IMG/VR virus record: IMGVR_UViG_3300020191_000010
Location: 660 to 64,659 of that record
Length of the DNA: 64,000 bases
Strand: one strand, 5' to 3'
Origin: a virus
Taxonomy: Duplodnaviria; Caudoviricetes
The first letter of the stretch is position 1. Each line of letters begins with the position of its first letter. Below the pieces are notes generated by a model. That model searched no databases. It had not been told where the DNA came from and saw only the letters and a program-made list of their open reading frames with translations. Both the position numbers and the translations under genes were made by a program. Below, piece after piece: positions 26,563 to 34,834 of the stretch.

Positions 26563-27941
26563 TTAATTCATTTCGTAATTATCTGGTTGAAGAGGAAAAA
26601 ACCTTATACTTTGTATGGGGTCGAATGAATCCTCCTACGGCTGGTCATGAAAAGCTTTTAGATTTTCTAAAAGCAAAGGCAGGAAATAATCCCTTTAGAA
26701 TTTATCTGACACAGTCTGAAGATAATAAAAAGAATCCTATACCATTTATGCAAAAGGTTAAATTTGCACGTAAGGGATTTCCTCAGTATGCACGTCAGAT
26801 CATGATGGATAAAAAGTTGAAGACTATCTTTGATGCTATGACAGCTTTTTATAATGAAGGATTTAAGAGAGTCGTAATTGTTGCAGGTTCAGATCGCGTA
26901 CGCGAGTACGAGATTACTTTAAACAAATATAACGGTAAAAAGGCTAGACACGGATTTTATAACTTCGAACGTATTTCTGTAATGAGTGCTGGAAATAGAG
27001 ATCCTGAATCTAAGGGTGTTGAAGGTGTATCTGGTACTAAGTTAAGAGGATATGCAGAGGATGGTGACTTTACTAAATTTGCACAATATATGCCTAAGAG
27101 ACTTTCAAATGCAGAATCAAAACAAGTATACAATGCAGTACGTAAAGGTATTGGGCTAAAAGAACAAAAAGAATTTAAAAACCATATACAACTTAATTCA
27201 GTATCACCAATTAGAGAATCCTATATTGATGGTAAATTATTTAACGTTGGTGATACAGTAGTTGTTAAAGAATCTGGTGAAGTAGGAACAGTTAAAGTTC
27301 TTGGATCTAATTACGTAATTGTAGAAAATAGTGGTAACCAATATCGTAAGTGGTTAGATGCTGTTGAGCAAGTTGATCAGCCACGTGTTGAATATGATGT
27401 CTTTAATGAAAATGTATATTATGATGTTGCAGATTTCTCTGTTGGAAGACAAGACACCCCAACAATATCAAATGAAGACATACAAGAAGCTGGTCCATGT
27501 TGGACAGGATATAAACAAGTTGGTACTAAGATGAAAAAAGGGAAAGCAGTTCCAAACTGTGTTCCTGAAAAGATTGAGGTAAGCCAAGATAAAGATATTG
27601 ATGAACTTCCAGGCTCACAGCCGGCTACATTCCAAAAGGGTATTAAATCAAAGTCTACAAAGGCTGCACGGCATCGTCATTTCCAAAGAATGACCAAGCG
27701 AGACGATAATGACCCAAGTGCATATAAAGATGCACCCGGAGATAAGGCGGCACGTAAAAAAGGAACAAAGCCTTCACAGTATACTAAAAGATTTAAACAA
27801 ATGTTTGGTGAAGACCAGGCAACAGATATCGCTAAAAAAAGAATTGAAAGAGAAAAAGAGCGTGATAAAATGAAACATGATCGTATGATGGATCGCGCAC
27901 GTATGAGAGATACCCTTAAAAAAAATAGAGAAACGACATGA
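26559..27941 (+). CDS. Cytidylyltransferase-like (HxGH) protein with basic C-terminal extension
   Basis: 'GRMNPPTAGHEKL', 'KNP', 'VAGSDRV', 'SAGNRDP', 'SGTKLR'. Confidence 0.85.
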   Translation: MINSFRNYLVEEEKTLYFVWGRMNPPTAGHEKLLDFLKAKAGNNPFRIYLTQSEDNKKNPIPFMQKVKFARKGFPQYARQIMMDKKLKTIFDAMTAFYNEGFKRVVIVAGSDRVREYEITLNKYNGKKARHGFYNFERISVMSAGNRDPESKGVEGVSGTKLRGYAEDGDFTKFAQYMPKRLSNAESKQVYNAVRKGIGLKEQKEFKNHIQLNSVSPIRESYIDGKLFNVGDTVVVKESGEVGTVKVLGSNYVIVENSGNQYRKWLDAVEQVDQPRVEYDVFNENVYYDVADFSVGRQDTPTISNEDIQEAGPCWTGYKQVGTKMKKGKAVPNCVPEKIEVSQDKDIDELPGSQPATFQKGIKSKSTKAARHRHFQRMTKRDDNDPSAYKDAPGDKAARKKGTKPSQYTKRFKQMFGEDQATDIAKKRIEREKERDKMKHDRMMDRARMRDTLKKNRETT

Positions 27942-28198
27942 TCGGATTTAAAAACTTTATTGTAGAAAATGCTGATGCTGCACTTGCAGCAAAGGCTAAA
28001 AAAGGAGGATACTCTTTAAGTATCTTAAAGCAAGTATATAAAAGAGGTGTAGCTGCTTGGAAGGTCGGACATAAGCCTGGTACTACTCCACAACAATGGG
28101 GTATGGCACGGGTTAATAGTTTTATGACTGGCGGGCGTACAAGAGTAAAAGGCGACCCTGATTTATGGGCGAAGCAAAAGGGAAAGATAAAGAAATGA
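27938..28198 (+). CDS. Small basic putative internal head protein
   Basis: N-terminus MIGFKNFIVE; 'VYKRG.AAW...H.PG.TPQQW..ARVNSF'. Confidence 0.75.
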   Translation: MIGFKNFIVENADAALAAKAKKGGYSLSILKQVYKRGVAAWKVGHKPGTTPQQWGMARVNSFMTGGRTRVKGDPDLWAKQKGKIKK

Positions 28199-28809
28199 AA
28201 ACCTTTAAAGAAATTAGCCAAGGTTTAAAAACCAGGTACTATAGAAAAGCTGTTGCTACAAATAGACATGGTAATACCCAAATGAAGGTAGACACAGCTC
28301 GTATTTTTGGTAAACCAGGTGATGCTAAAAAAGCTCAAGATAGAGCAGATTCTGTTCGTAGTAAAATGGCTACAGTACGTCCTGCTGGTGAGGCAAAGGA
28401 AGACTCAGATGCAGTGAAAGCTTTCTTAGCAAAGGGTGGTAAGATCACGAAGGTTCCTGCAGCGAAAGCGCAAGGATATCATGGCAAAGACGATCCAGGT
28501 AAAGGTATGCATGGTATTCTCGACAAGCCTGATACCCAAAAGATTGGCACTCGTAAGAAGGTTAAATCAATGGAAGATACTGATGTTAATGAGCTTAGTA
28601 CTCCTACTTTAAAAAGTTATTTGAAAAAAGCTGGGCCACAAAAAGACAAGTATTATTCTCAGTATCAAAAACTAAGACGTGGTCAAACTAAGAAACATGG
28701 CGAGTTTTCTCCAGATATGGGGAAAACAAAGGAAGTTGGTAGAAAAGCAGTTAATCGTGATGATGGTGAATATAGAGCACAAAAAACCCTTGCAAAAAGA
28801 GGAAAGTAA
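28165..28809 (+). CDS. Basic putative internal head protein (likely start ATG 28195)
   Basis: MKTFKEI N-terminus; Lys-rich; 'ELSTPTLKSY.KKA'. Confidence 0.7.
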   Translation: MGEAKGKDKEMKTFKEISQGLKTRYYRKAVATNRHGNTQMKVDTARIFGKPGDAKKAQDRADSVRSKMATVRPAGEAKEDSDAVKAFLAKGGKITKVPAAKAQGYHGKDDPGKGMHGILDKPDTQKIGTRKKVKSMEDTDVNELSTPTLKSYLKKAGPQKDKYYSQYQKLRRGQTKKHGEFSPDMGKTKEVGRKAVNRDDGEYRAQKTLAKRGK

Positions 28810-28811
28810 AA

Positions 28812-29576
28812 ATGCCATTGAAAGTTTCAGACGGTGCAGCAGCTTGGATCAAAGATTTTAAAAAATCTGATGCTCCACAGTTTAAAGGTAAATCCGATAA
28901 AGAACGTCGGGATATGGCTTTAGCAGCGTATCTTTCTGCAAAGAACGAGGACGTTAAATCTGCAGATAAGAAACCTGAAACTTATACTAAGCCTGATGGC
29001 AAACCCGGTGTACGTATGGTTCCTGTAGATAAGCAGGTAGTTAAATCGGAAAAAGTTGTAGGATTTAAAATGGACCGTAAACTTCCAAATTTAAAAGTTC
29101 CAATTAAACGTAAACAGGGTAAGATTTATAATAAGAAAACTGGCCAGTTTGAAGATAAGTCTGTAAAAGAAGAAACTAGCTTTGAGGTTAAGATTGAAGG
29201 TCTTCCTATGATGTTTATGTCTGATATGGGACCAGGACAATTAAAACAGAAGCTACGTAAGATTGTTAAGCAGCCTTCAATGATTAGTTCTGTTAAACGT
29301 GTTACCGATGCTGATGTAAAGAAGACATTCCGTTTAAAAGCCCAAGGCCGTGATGAAGAAGAGAATGAAGTAGATGAATCTTCATATGATAAAATAAACA
29401 AATACTATGATGCTGCAAAGAAAAATAAAGACCGGGCTACAAATTCTGCAGTTGCTACTATTCTTAGAAAAGGTGATCATTCAAAAGATTTGAACACTAT
29501 GCGAAAACGCGAAAAGGGTATTAAGCTTGCAAAGAGTAGAATTACCGATAAGATTCGTAAAGGACAAAAGACATGA
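28812..29576 (+). CDS. Basic hypothetical protein, putative internal head protein
   Basis: 'DF.KSDAPQFKGKS...R..MA.AAYL' module; Lys-rich. Confidence 0.75.
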   Translation: MPLKVSDGAAAWIKDFKKSDAPQFKGKSDKERRDMALAAYLSAKNEDVKSADKKPETYTKPDGKPGVRMVPVDKQVVKSEKVVGFKMDRKLPNLKVPIKRKQGKIYNKKTGQFEDKSVKEETSFEVKIEGLPMMFMSDMGPGQLKQKLRKIVKQPSMISSVKRVTDADVKKTFRLKAQGRDEEENEVDESSYDKINKYYDAAKKNKDRATNSAVATILRKGDHSKDLNTMRKREKGIKLAKSRITDKIRKGQKT

Positions 29577-29836
29577 GCTTACGTTCAGCTATAGAAGAAG
29601 TTCGCCAAAAGCAATACATTAAAGAGGCTAATGATAAAGATCCTGGTGAATACGATCAGGAAGGTGATATGGCCAAAACCCAGTTAAATACTATGATTGA
29701 TGCTGCGCAAGAACTTCGCAAGATGCTTGGTGATAATGATAATCTACCAGAATGGGTACAGAACAAAATTACCAAAGCAACAGATTATATCGATTCCGTT
29801 AGAGATTATTTAAAATCCGAGAAATCTGATGATTAA
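29573..29836 (+). CDS. Hypothetical protein
   Basis: 'EGDMAKTQL...LPEWVQ.KITKA.DYI' module. Confidence 0.75.
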   Translation: MSLRSAIEEVRQKQYIKEANDKDPGEYDQEGDMAKTQLNTMIDAAQELRKMLGDNDNLPEWVQNKITKATDYIDSVRDYLKSEKSDD

Positions 29837-30119
29837 GTTTAAACAGTTCGTAGAAGAAACCGGAAAAGATTCGAAAGGTCATTTTCGTGCTACTGAAAAA
29901 GGTGCTGGCATGACACAGAAGGGTGTTGATGCCGTCAATAGAAAAACCGGTGGTAATCTTAAAACTGCAGTTACCGGTAAAGTAAAACCTGGTAGTAAAG
30001 CTGCTGGCCGTAGAAAATCATATTGTGCTCGTAGTGCAGGACAAATGAAAATGTTCCCTAAGGCCGCAGCAGATCCTAATAGCAGATTACGTCAAGCTCG
30101 TAGAAGGTGGAAGTGCTAA
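29829..30119 (+). CDS. Basic putative internal head protein
   Basis: MIKFKQFVEE N-terminus; 'RRKSYCARS.GQ...DPNSRL..ARRRWKC'. Confidence 0.75.
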   Translation: MIKFKQFVEETGKDSKGHFRATEKGAGMTQKGVDAVNRKTGGNLKTAVTGKVKPGSKAAGRRKSYCARSAGQMKMFPKAAADPNSRLRQARRRWKC

Positions 30120-30394
30120 TGGCTGATACAACCAATCATAGACTTGATCGCATTGAAGAGAAATTGGATAAATTAGCAACTGCTATGGTATCTATTGCTC
30201 GCGCCGAAGAAAAAATTGCTGCAATGCAGGAGTTTCAACATAATCAAATCGAGCGTGTAAACAGATTATCTGTAAAATTAGATGATATTGAAAAAAAGGT
30301 GGACGAAAATCATCGTACGGTGTGTCTTATAAATAAACTAGTATATGCTGCTCTGATAGCAGCTGTCGGAGCATATGTGGCTCAATTCATATAG
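30107..30394 (+). CDS. Coiled-coil protein with C-terminal TM
   Basis: 'RLDRIEEKLDKL' heptads and a terminal hydrophobic helix. Confidence 0.7.
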   Translation: MEVLMADTTNHRLDRIEEKLDKLATAMVSIARAEEKIAAMQEFQHNQIERVNRLSVKLDDIEKKVDENHRTVCLINKLVYAALIAAVGAYVAQFI

Positions 30395-30403
30395 GAGAAA
30401 GAA

Positions 30404-31276
30404 ATGTTTGGAAATAATCCTTTTACGAGTGGGGCCACTCAAAATATGGTCCAAGAAAGAACAGAAGCTGACTGCAAAGGAATGGTTTGCAAATCATGTG
30501 GTGATACATATGGTAAGCCTACTAATGAAAAATGCATGTACGATTCAAAAGACCCGAATGGAAAAAATTGGATGACATCGAAAAATGAAGCAATGGATCC
30601 TGTAAATAAAGCCGAACTTAAAGGCAAGCATAAGGATCGTAAAGATAAAGACATCGATAATGATGGCGATGTTGATTCCTCAGACAAATATTTACATAAG
30701 CGTAGAAAAGCAATTAGCAAAGCTATGAAAGATGAGGGATATTATAAAGATCTTGAAATTAAAAAGCAGGATAAAGAATTAGGTGCTAAGCCTGTATTAG
30801 GTAAAAAGAAAAAGCCTGGTGAAAATGCAGTAATGAATCCTAAATTAGATTCAGGTAAAAGCAAAGGTAGTGAAATGGAACAAAAAGAATCTGTGAATGT
30901 ATCACATATCCGTCAAGCATTAATGTCTGTTCTAGAAGGCGAAAACCATAGCCCAAATAAAGATAAAGCTGAAAAGCCAGAAGATGCTTTAAAGGGTGCT
31001 GGTGCTAAAAAGATGAAAGATGATAATAAAGATGATGGAAGATATCATGACATGGAAAAGAAAAGTCATGATGATGCAGCAAAGGCTGGTCGTGCAGGGC
31101 CTGGTAAAAAAGCTAGACCAAATGATAGCAAAGATGGGGATAAGAACGTTATTAACCCAGCTGATGATGTTACTAAAAAAGGTCAGGCACCGCAGATTAA
31201 AGTAGAATCATATGATGATATGTCTGGATTAAAAACAGCATATGCTTCAATGTACCAAAAGAAAGATGAGGAATAA
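30404..31276 (+). CDS. Charged low-complexity protein, putative internal head/core protein
   Basis: AGGAG RBS; TATAAATA at 30328-30335; 'DIDNDGDVDSSD.YL..RRKAI' module. Confidence 0.75.
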   Translation: MFGNNPFTSGATQNMVQERTEADCKGMVCKSCGDTYGKPTNEKCMYDSKDPNGKNWMTSKNEAMDPVNKAELKGKHKDRKDKDIDNDGDVDSSDKYLHKRRKAISKAMKDEGYYKDLEIKKQDKELGAKPVLGKKKKPGENAVMNPKLDSGKSKGSEMEQKESVNVSHIRQALMSVLEGENHSPNKDKAEKPEDALKGAGAKKMKDDNKDDGRYHDMEKKSHDDAAKAGRAGPGKKARPNDSKDGDKNVINPADDVTKKGQAPQIKVESYDDMSGLKTAYASMYQKKDEE

Positions 31277-31589
31277 AATGGCTATTAAACCACCTAATTG
31301 GTGTCGTCATGCAGTACCAACTACTCGTGGTTGGGTAGATCCGAGAACAAAAGAACTTCTTCAGGCAACTACTATTAACCAAGTTCAGATTGATGAGTGG
31401 AATGGTGTTACTCCTAAAACAGTAGAATCAGCTCCTACAGTCTTAAGAGAAGCTCCTATGAATAACTCCTCACTGGAAGAAATGACTAAATTTGAACTTG
31501 AATCATTAGGTAGACAGCATGGTATTGAACTTGATCGGCGAAAAAGAAAAGATGACCTGATTGAGGAGCTATCTGAACATTTAGAGTAA
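31242..31589 (+). CDS. Hypothetical protein with C-terminal Rho-N/HeH-like helical motif (likely start ATG 31278)
   Basis: 'LEEMTK.ELE.LG...GI.LD.R..K.DLIEEL'. Confidence 0.65.
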   Translation: MLQCTKRKMRNKMAIKPPNWCRHAVPTTRGWVDPRTKELLQATTINQVQIDEWNGVTPKTVESAPTVLREAPMNNSSLEEMTKFELESLGRQHGIELDRRKRKDDLIEELSEHLE

Positions 31590-31600
31590 TAAATACTCTT

Positions 31601-31969
31601 ATGATTAGATTTAATGAACTAACAGAAGATAATCTTTTTCTGTATGCTGCAAAACACTATTATAATCCTCAGTTTTCTGACATTGAAGAATTCTATGAGG
31701 ATTTAAAACGTTTTAAATATATTAAAAGATTATTAAATCGTTATCTTGAGAATGATGAATTAGCCGAAAGGTTAATATTAAATCATTTAATAGTTGTTTT
31801 TAATTCGTTTGGTATCGAGGCAACATTAAATATATTAGACCTAAAACTTGAAAATAGGCATTGGCCAGTAATAAAACCTTTTTTAGTTTTTCTAAAATAT
31901 ATTAGGAATGATCAATATACTGGTATTGTTATGGATCCCGATGTAGTCGAGTGCTTAAGGAAAATCTAA
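31601..31969 (+). CDS. Conserved T4-like hypothetical protein
   Basis: 'YA.KHY.NP', 'EF.EDLKRFKYIKRL', 'RLILNHLI...N.FG'; AATAAATA upstream. Confidence 0.8.
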   Translation: MIRFNELTEDNLFLYAAKHYYNPQFSDIEEFYEDLKRFKYIKRLLNRYLENDELAERLILNHLIVVFNSFGIEATLNILDLKLENRHWPVIKPFLVFLKYIRNDQYTGIVMDPDVVECLRKI

Positions 31970-32556
31970 TGGGATTAATTAAAAGAGCAGCAGACCTTAC
32001 CTATACTTTCCGTTTTATTAGAATGCTTGTAATGAAATGGGAAAATTGGGATGCTTATAAGCTAGGTATTATTGATGGAACTGGCGCTAGGGTAAAAGGT
32101 GTAAAACTAGATTCAGATGAAAAAAAATCTGCATATACTCCTTTTATTCGTCTTGCTGCTAATATTAAGCGGCTGCTATCAAACATACCCGGGGGTGGGT
32201 CTAAACTTGGTAGTTTCGCTGCTGCACTTTATTTGATTAAAGAGAAATTAAATCTTACTGATAAAAATCTAGAAAAGATTATTTCAGAGTGTAATATGAG
32301 TACTTTGGATTTTCTTGCTGAAGAAAGTAAATGGTTTTTATTAGAAGATAAACAACTGTCTCCTGGTCTTTATCGTGTCTATAATCCTAAACTATTAAAT
32401 CATTCTTGTGAGGAAATGGTATGGGCTAAAGATCAGATTCGTATATTAGAAGATTCTTACCCAATTGGTGATGTATTTGGTATGGATATCTATGAGGCGG
32501 TTCATGCTAAAACAAATCAAAAAATATTCATTACAATAAACGAGATTTATCGATGA
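31951..32556 (+). CDS. Conserved T4-like hypothetical protein (likely start ATG 31969)
   Basis: 'D..YT.RF...L...W....AYKLGIID..G', 'AAALYLIKE'. Confidence 0.8.
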   Translation: MLKENLMGLIKRAADLTYTFRFIRMLVMKWENWDAYKLGIIDGTGARVKGVKLDSDEKKSAYTPFIRLAANIKRLLSNIPGGGSKLGSFAAALYLIKEKLNLTDKNLEKIISECNMSTLDFLAEESKWFLLEDKQLSPGLYRVYNPKLLNHSCEEMVWAKDQIRILEDSYPIGDVFGMDIYEAVHAKTNQKIFITINEIYR

Positions 32557-32735
32557 AGAAAGTAACAGAAAATGATGCTGCACCAGCTACCAGTACAGCT
32601 TCTATTCCAAATCCGGCTACAACCGCTATGGGACCTAGCTATAGAGCTATGACCGTACATGATCGGCGTAGAAAAAAGAAGGATCACCCGGTACTCTTAA
32701 AAAGGTTCCGGAAGTATATGGATGATAATGGTTAG
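32553..32735 (+). CDS. Hypothetical protein
   Basis: Coupled ORF. Confidence 0.6.
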   Translation: MKKVTENDAAPATSTASIPNPATTAMGPSYRAMTVHDRRRKKKDHPVLLKRFRKYMDDNG

Positions 32736-33228
32736 GATCTATGCATTAATTTTTGTTATTGCAATTTTAGGTGGTATTGGTTATGGCGCTAAATACTACT
32801 ACGATACTACACAAGCAACCATTGCCACTCTCAGAGAAAATAATGTTAAACTAGAATCTGCAGTAGAAACTGCAGAACAATCTGTAGCGACATTACAACA
32901 AGATATGGTAAAGCTTGGTAATCTAAATAAAGAATTATCTACTTCATTGCAAAAAGCAGAAGCATACGGTGATGAACTTAGAACTAAATTAAGTAAATTA
33001 AATCTTGTGGTGGAAGCATTACGAGACTCTAAACAATTAGAAGGAAAGATGAATGGCGCTTCAGCAAACCTGTGGCGTGGTCTTATGGAAGATACTGGCG
33101 GTGATGGCAACCGTCCTAATCCTCAGTGGTTGCAGCGGCCGGATGGAACCGGAAGTGAAAGTAGTAACCAAAGTGGAAAAGGTACAGATACCAACAGTAG
33201 CTCGACCGAAACCACTCCAGCTCAGTGA
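32722..33228 (+). CDS. Putative inner-membrane spanin (Rz-like)
   Basis: N-terminal TM plus coiled coil; overlaps a lipoprotein ORF in another frame. Confidence 0.75.
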   Translation: MIMVRIYALIFVIAILGGIGYGAKYYYDTTQATIATLRENNVKLESAVETAEQSVATLQQDMVKLGNLNKELSTSLQKAEAYGDELRTKLSKLNLVVEALRDSKQLEGKMNGASANLWRGLMEDTGGDGNRPNPQWLQRPDGTGSESSNQSGKGTDTNSSSTETTPAQ

Positions 33229-33451
33229 TACAAGAGTCTTTGTAGTTACCAAAGATAACTTTGAGGAATTTGAAAAAGAGTTCACGGAGTTATATGGTGA
33301 CTTGGCTTTTGTTGCTTTAAGTATGAAAGATTATGAAAACCTAGCACTCAATATTTCTGAGTTAAAAAGATATATAAATCAACAAGGTGAGATAATTGTA
33401 TATTATGAAAAAGCAGTTACGGAGAAACCAGATGGCAACGAAATTAAATGA
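33053..33451 (+). CDS. Putative outer-membrane lipoprotein spanin (Rz1-like); start probably GTG/ATG at 33077-33104
   Basis: Lipobox 'ILSGC', Pro-containing segment, overlap with the i-spanin. Confidence 0.75.
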   Translation: MALQQTCGVVLWKILAVMATVLILSGCSGRMEPEVKVVTKVEKVQIPTVARPKPLQLSDTRVFVVTKDNFEEFEKEFTELYGDLAFVALSMKDYENLALNISELKRYINQQGEIIVYYEKAVTEKPDGNEIK

Positions 33452-33719
33452 AAGTACTGAAGTATCCATACCTATAAAAAATTTGGTAGGGTTAATTATT
33501 GGTACAGTTATTGCTGTGACTGCATATTTTGGACTGACTGAACGCATTGCTTTTCTTGAGCACAACTATACGATGGTGGATATGCAAGTAGATAAAAATA
33601 ATGATTGGATTAATAGTTTTAAACCACCCGCCGAAGTTCAAGACACTATTAAAAGAGTCCGTGTTCTAGAACTAAAAATTAAAGAACTTGAAATACTACT
33701 TCAACAGTATCAAAAATAA
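33396..33719 (+). CDS. Hypothetical membrane protein (likely start ATG 33432)
   Basis: GGAG RBS; one TM plus coiled coil. Confidence 0.65.
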   Translation: MYIMKKQLRRNQMATKLNESTEVSIPIKNLVGLIIGTVIAVTAYFGLTERIAFLEHNYTMVDMQVDKNNDWINSFKPPAEVQDTIKRVRVLELKIKELEILLQQYQK

Positions 33720-33731
33720 TAGGAGACACTA

Positions 33732-34319
33732 ATGGACTTCATTATCGATCAACTTGTCACTTGGTGGCAATTTACTATCGTAGGTATTTTAATTATCATA
33801 GGATGGATTATCAACTGGCTCGGAGTTGATCAAGATGAAGATATTATTGGTTTTAAATATGTTGAAATGCCGCAATTAAAACCTCTTAAGATTGATACAG
33901 CAGGTAAAGGTTTTTGGAGTGCGATATGGATGTGGCTAACAGGTACACGTCATTGGGAAGTAGCTAAAGATTGGTCATATGAAATTGAAGGTGAACAATA
34001 TGTAATCCCAGCAGGATTTACATTTGATGGTGCATCGATTCCTAAGTTTTTACACACATGGTTATCACCGACTGGTGTTCTTTTAATGGGCGGTCTGGTA
34101 CATGACTATGCATATAAGTATGCTACACTTTTAAAAGCAGATAAGAAATCAACTATGGGTGAGATTGATCAAAAGAAAGCTGATCAAATCTTTAGAGATA
34201 TTAATATTGAACAAAACGGGTTTCACTTCCTTAATAACTTGGCATACTGGGCGTTACGTATCGGTGGCTTTGTCGCTTGGAATGGTCACAGAAAAGTAAA
34301 CGCACAGATTGGAGAATAA
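33732..34319 (+). CDS. DUF1353 family protein
   Basis: 'IPAGF.FDGASIP', 'LVHDY.Y', 'ADQIF'. Confidence 0.8.
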   Translation: MDFIIDQLVTWWQFTIVGILIIIGWIINWLGVDQDEDIIGFKYVEMPQLKPLKIDTAGKGFWSAIWMWLTGTRHWEVAKDWSYEIEGEQYVIPAGFTFDGASIPKFLHTWLSPTGVLLMGGLVHDYAYKYATLLKADKKSTMGEIDQKKADQIFRDINIEQNGFHFLNNLAYWALRIGGFVAWNGHRKVNAQIGE

Positions 34320-34716
34320 TATGTATGAATATAGATGTGAAATAGTCAAAATTATTGATGGTGATACTGTCGATGTTGATATTGATTTAGGATTTGGAAT
34401 ATGGATGAGAAACGAAAGAGTAAGATTATATGGTATTGATACCCCAGAATCACGTACACGCGATCTAGAAGAAAAAAAATATGGATTGGCAGCAAAGGAG
34501 TTTCTTACTAAATGGCTTTCTGCTGGGAATATTACGCTCAAAACACATAAAGATGCCGAAGGTAAATTTGGAAGAATCTTAGGCGAGCTATGGTATAATG
34601 ATGTAAATATCAATCAAAAACTAATTGAAGAGCATCATGCAGTTGGTTACCATGGCCAATCTAAAGATGAAATCGTATCTGAGCATTTATATAACAGAAC
34701 AAAGGTTAAAATTTAA
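34309..34716 (+). CDS. SNase-like (thermonuclease) nuclease (likely start ATG 34321)
   Basis: 'IIDGDTVD..IDLGF', 'RVRLYGIDTPE', 'GKFGRILG'. Confidence 0.9.
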   Translation: MENNMYEYRCEIVKIIDGDTVDVDIDLGFGIWMRNERVRLYGIDTPESRTRDLEEKKYGLAAKEFLTKWLSAGNITLKTHKDAEGKFGRILGELWYNDVNINQKLIEEHHAVGYHGQSKDEIVSEHLYNRTKVKI

Positions 34717-34763
34717 AATGAACTTGAAATGGTAGAAAAATATTTTTCAGAATAGCGCTAAAT

Positions 34764-34797
34764 AGGGGTTTACAAAACTCGCCATTTGATATATAAT
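34764..34797 (+). promoter_or_regulatory. Early promoter for nrdJ
   Basis: AGGGG-TTTACA (34769), N17, TATAAT (34792). Confidence 0.8.
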
Positions 34798-34834
34798 ATA
34801 CATTAATAAAAAATCAAACAAAAGAGGTGACAGA

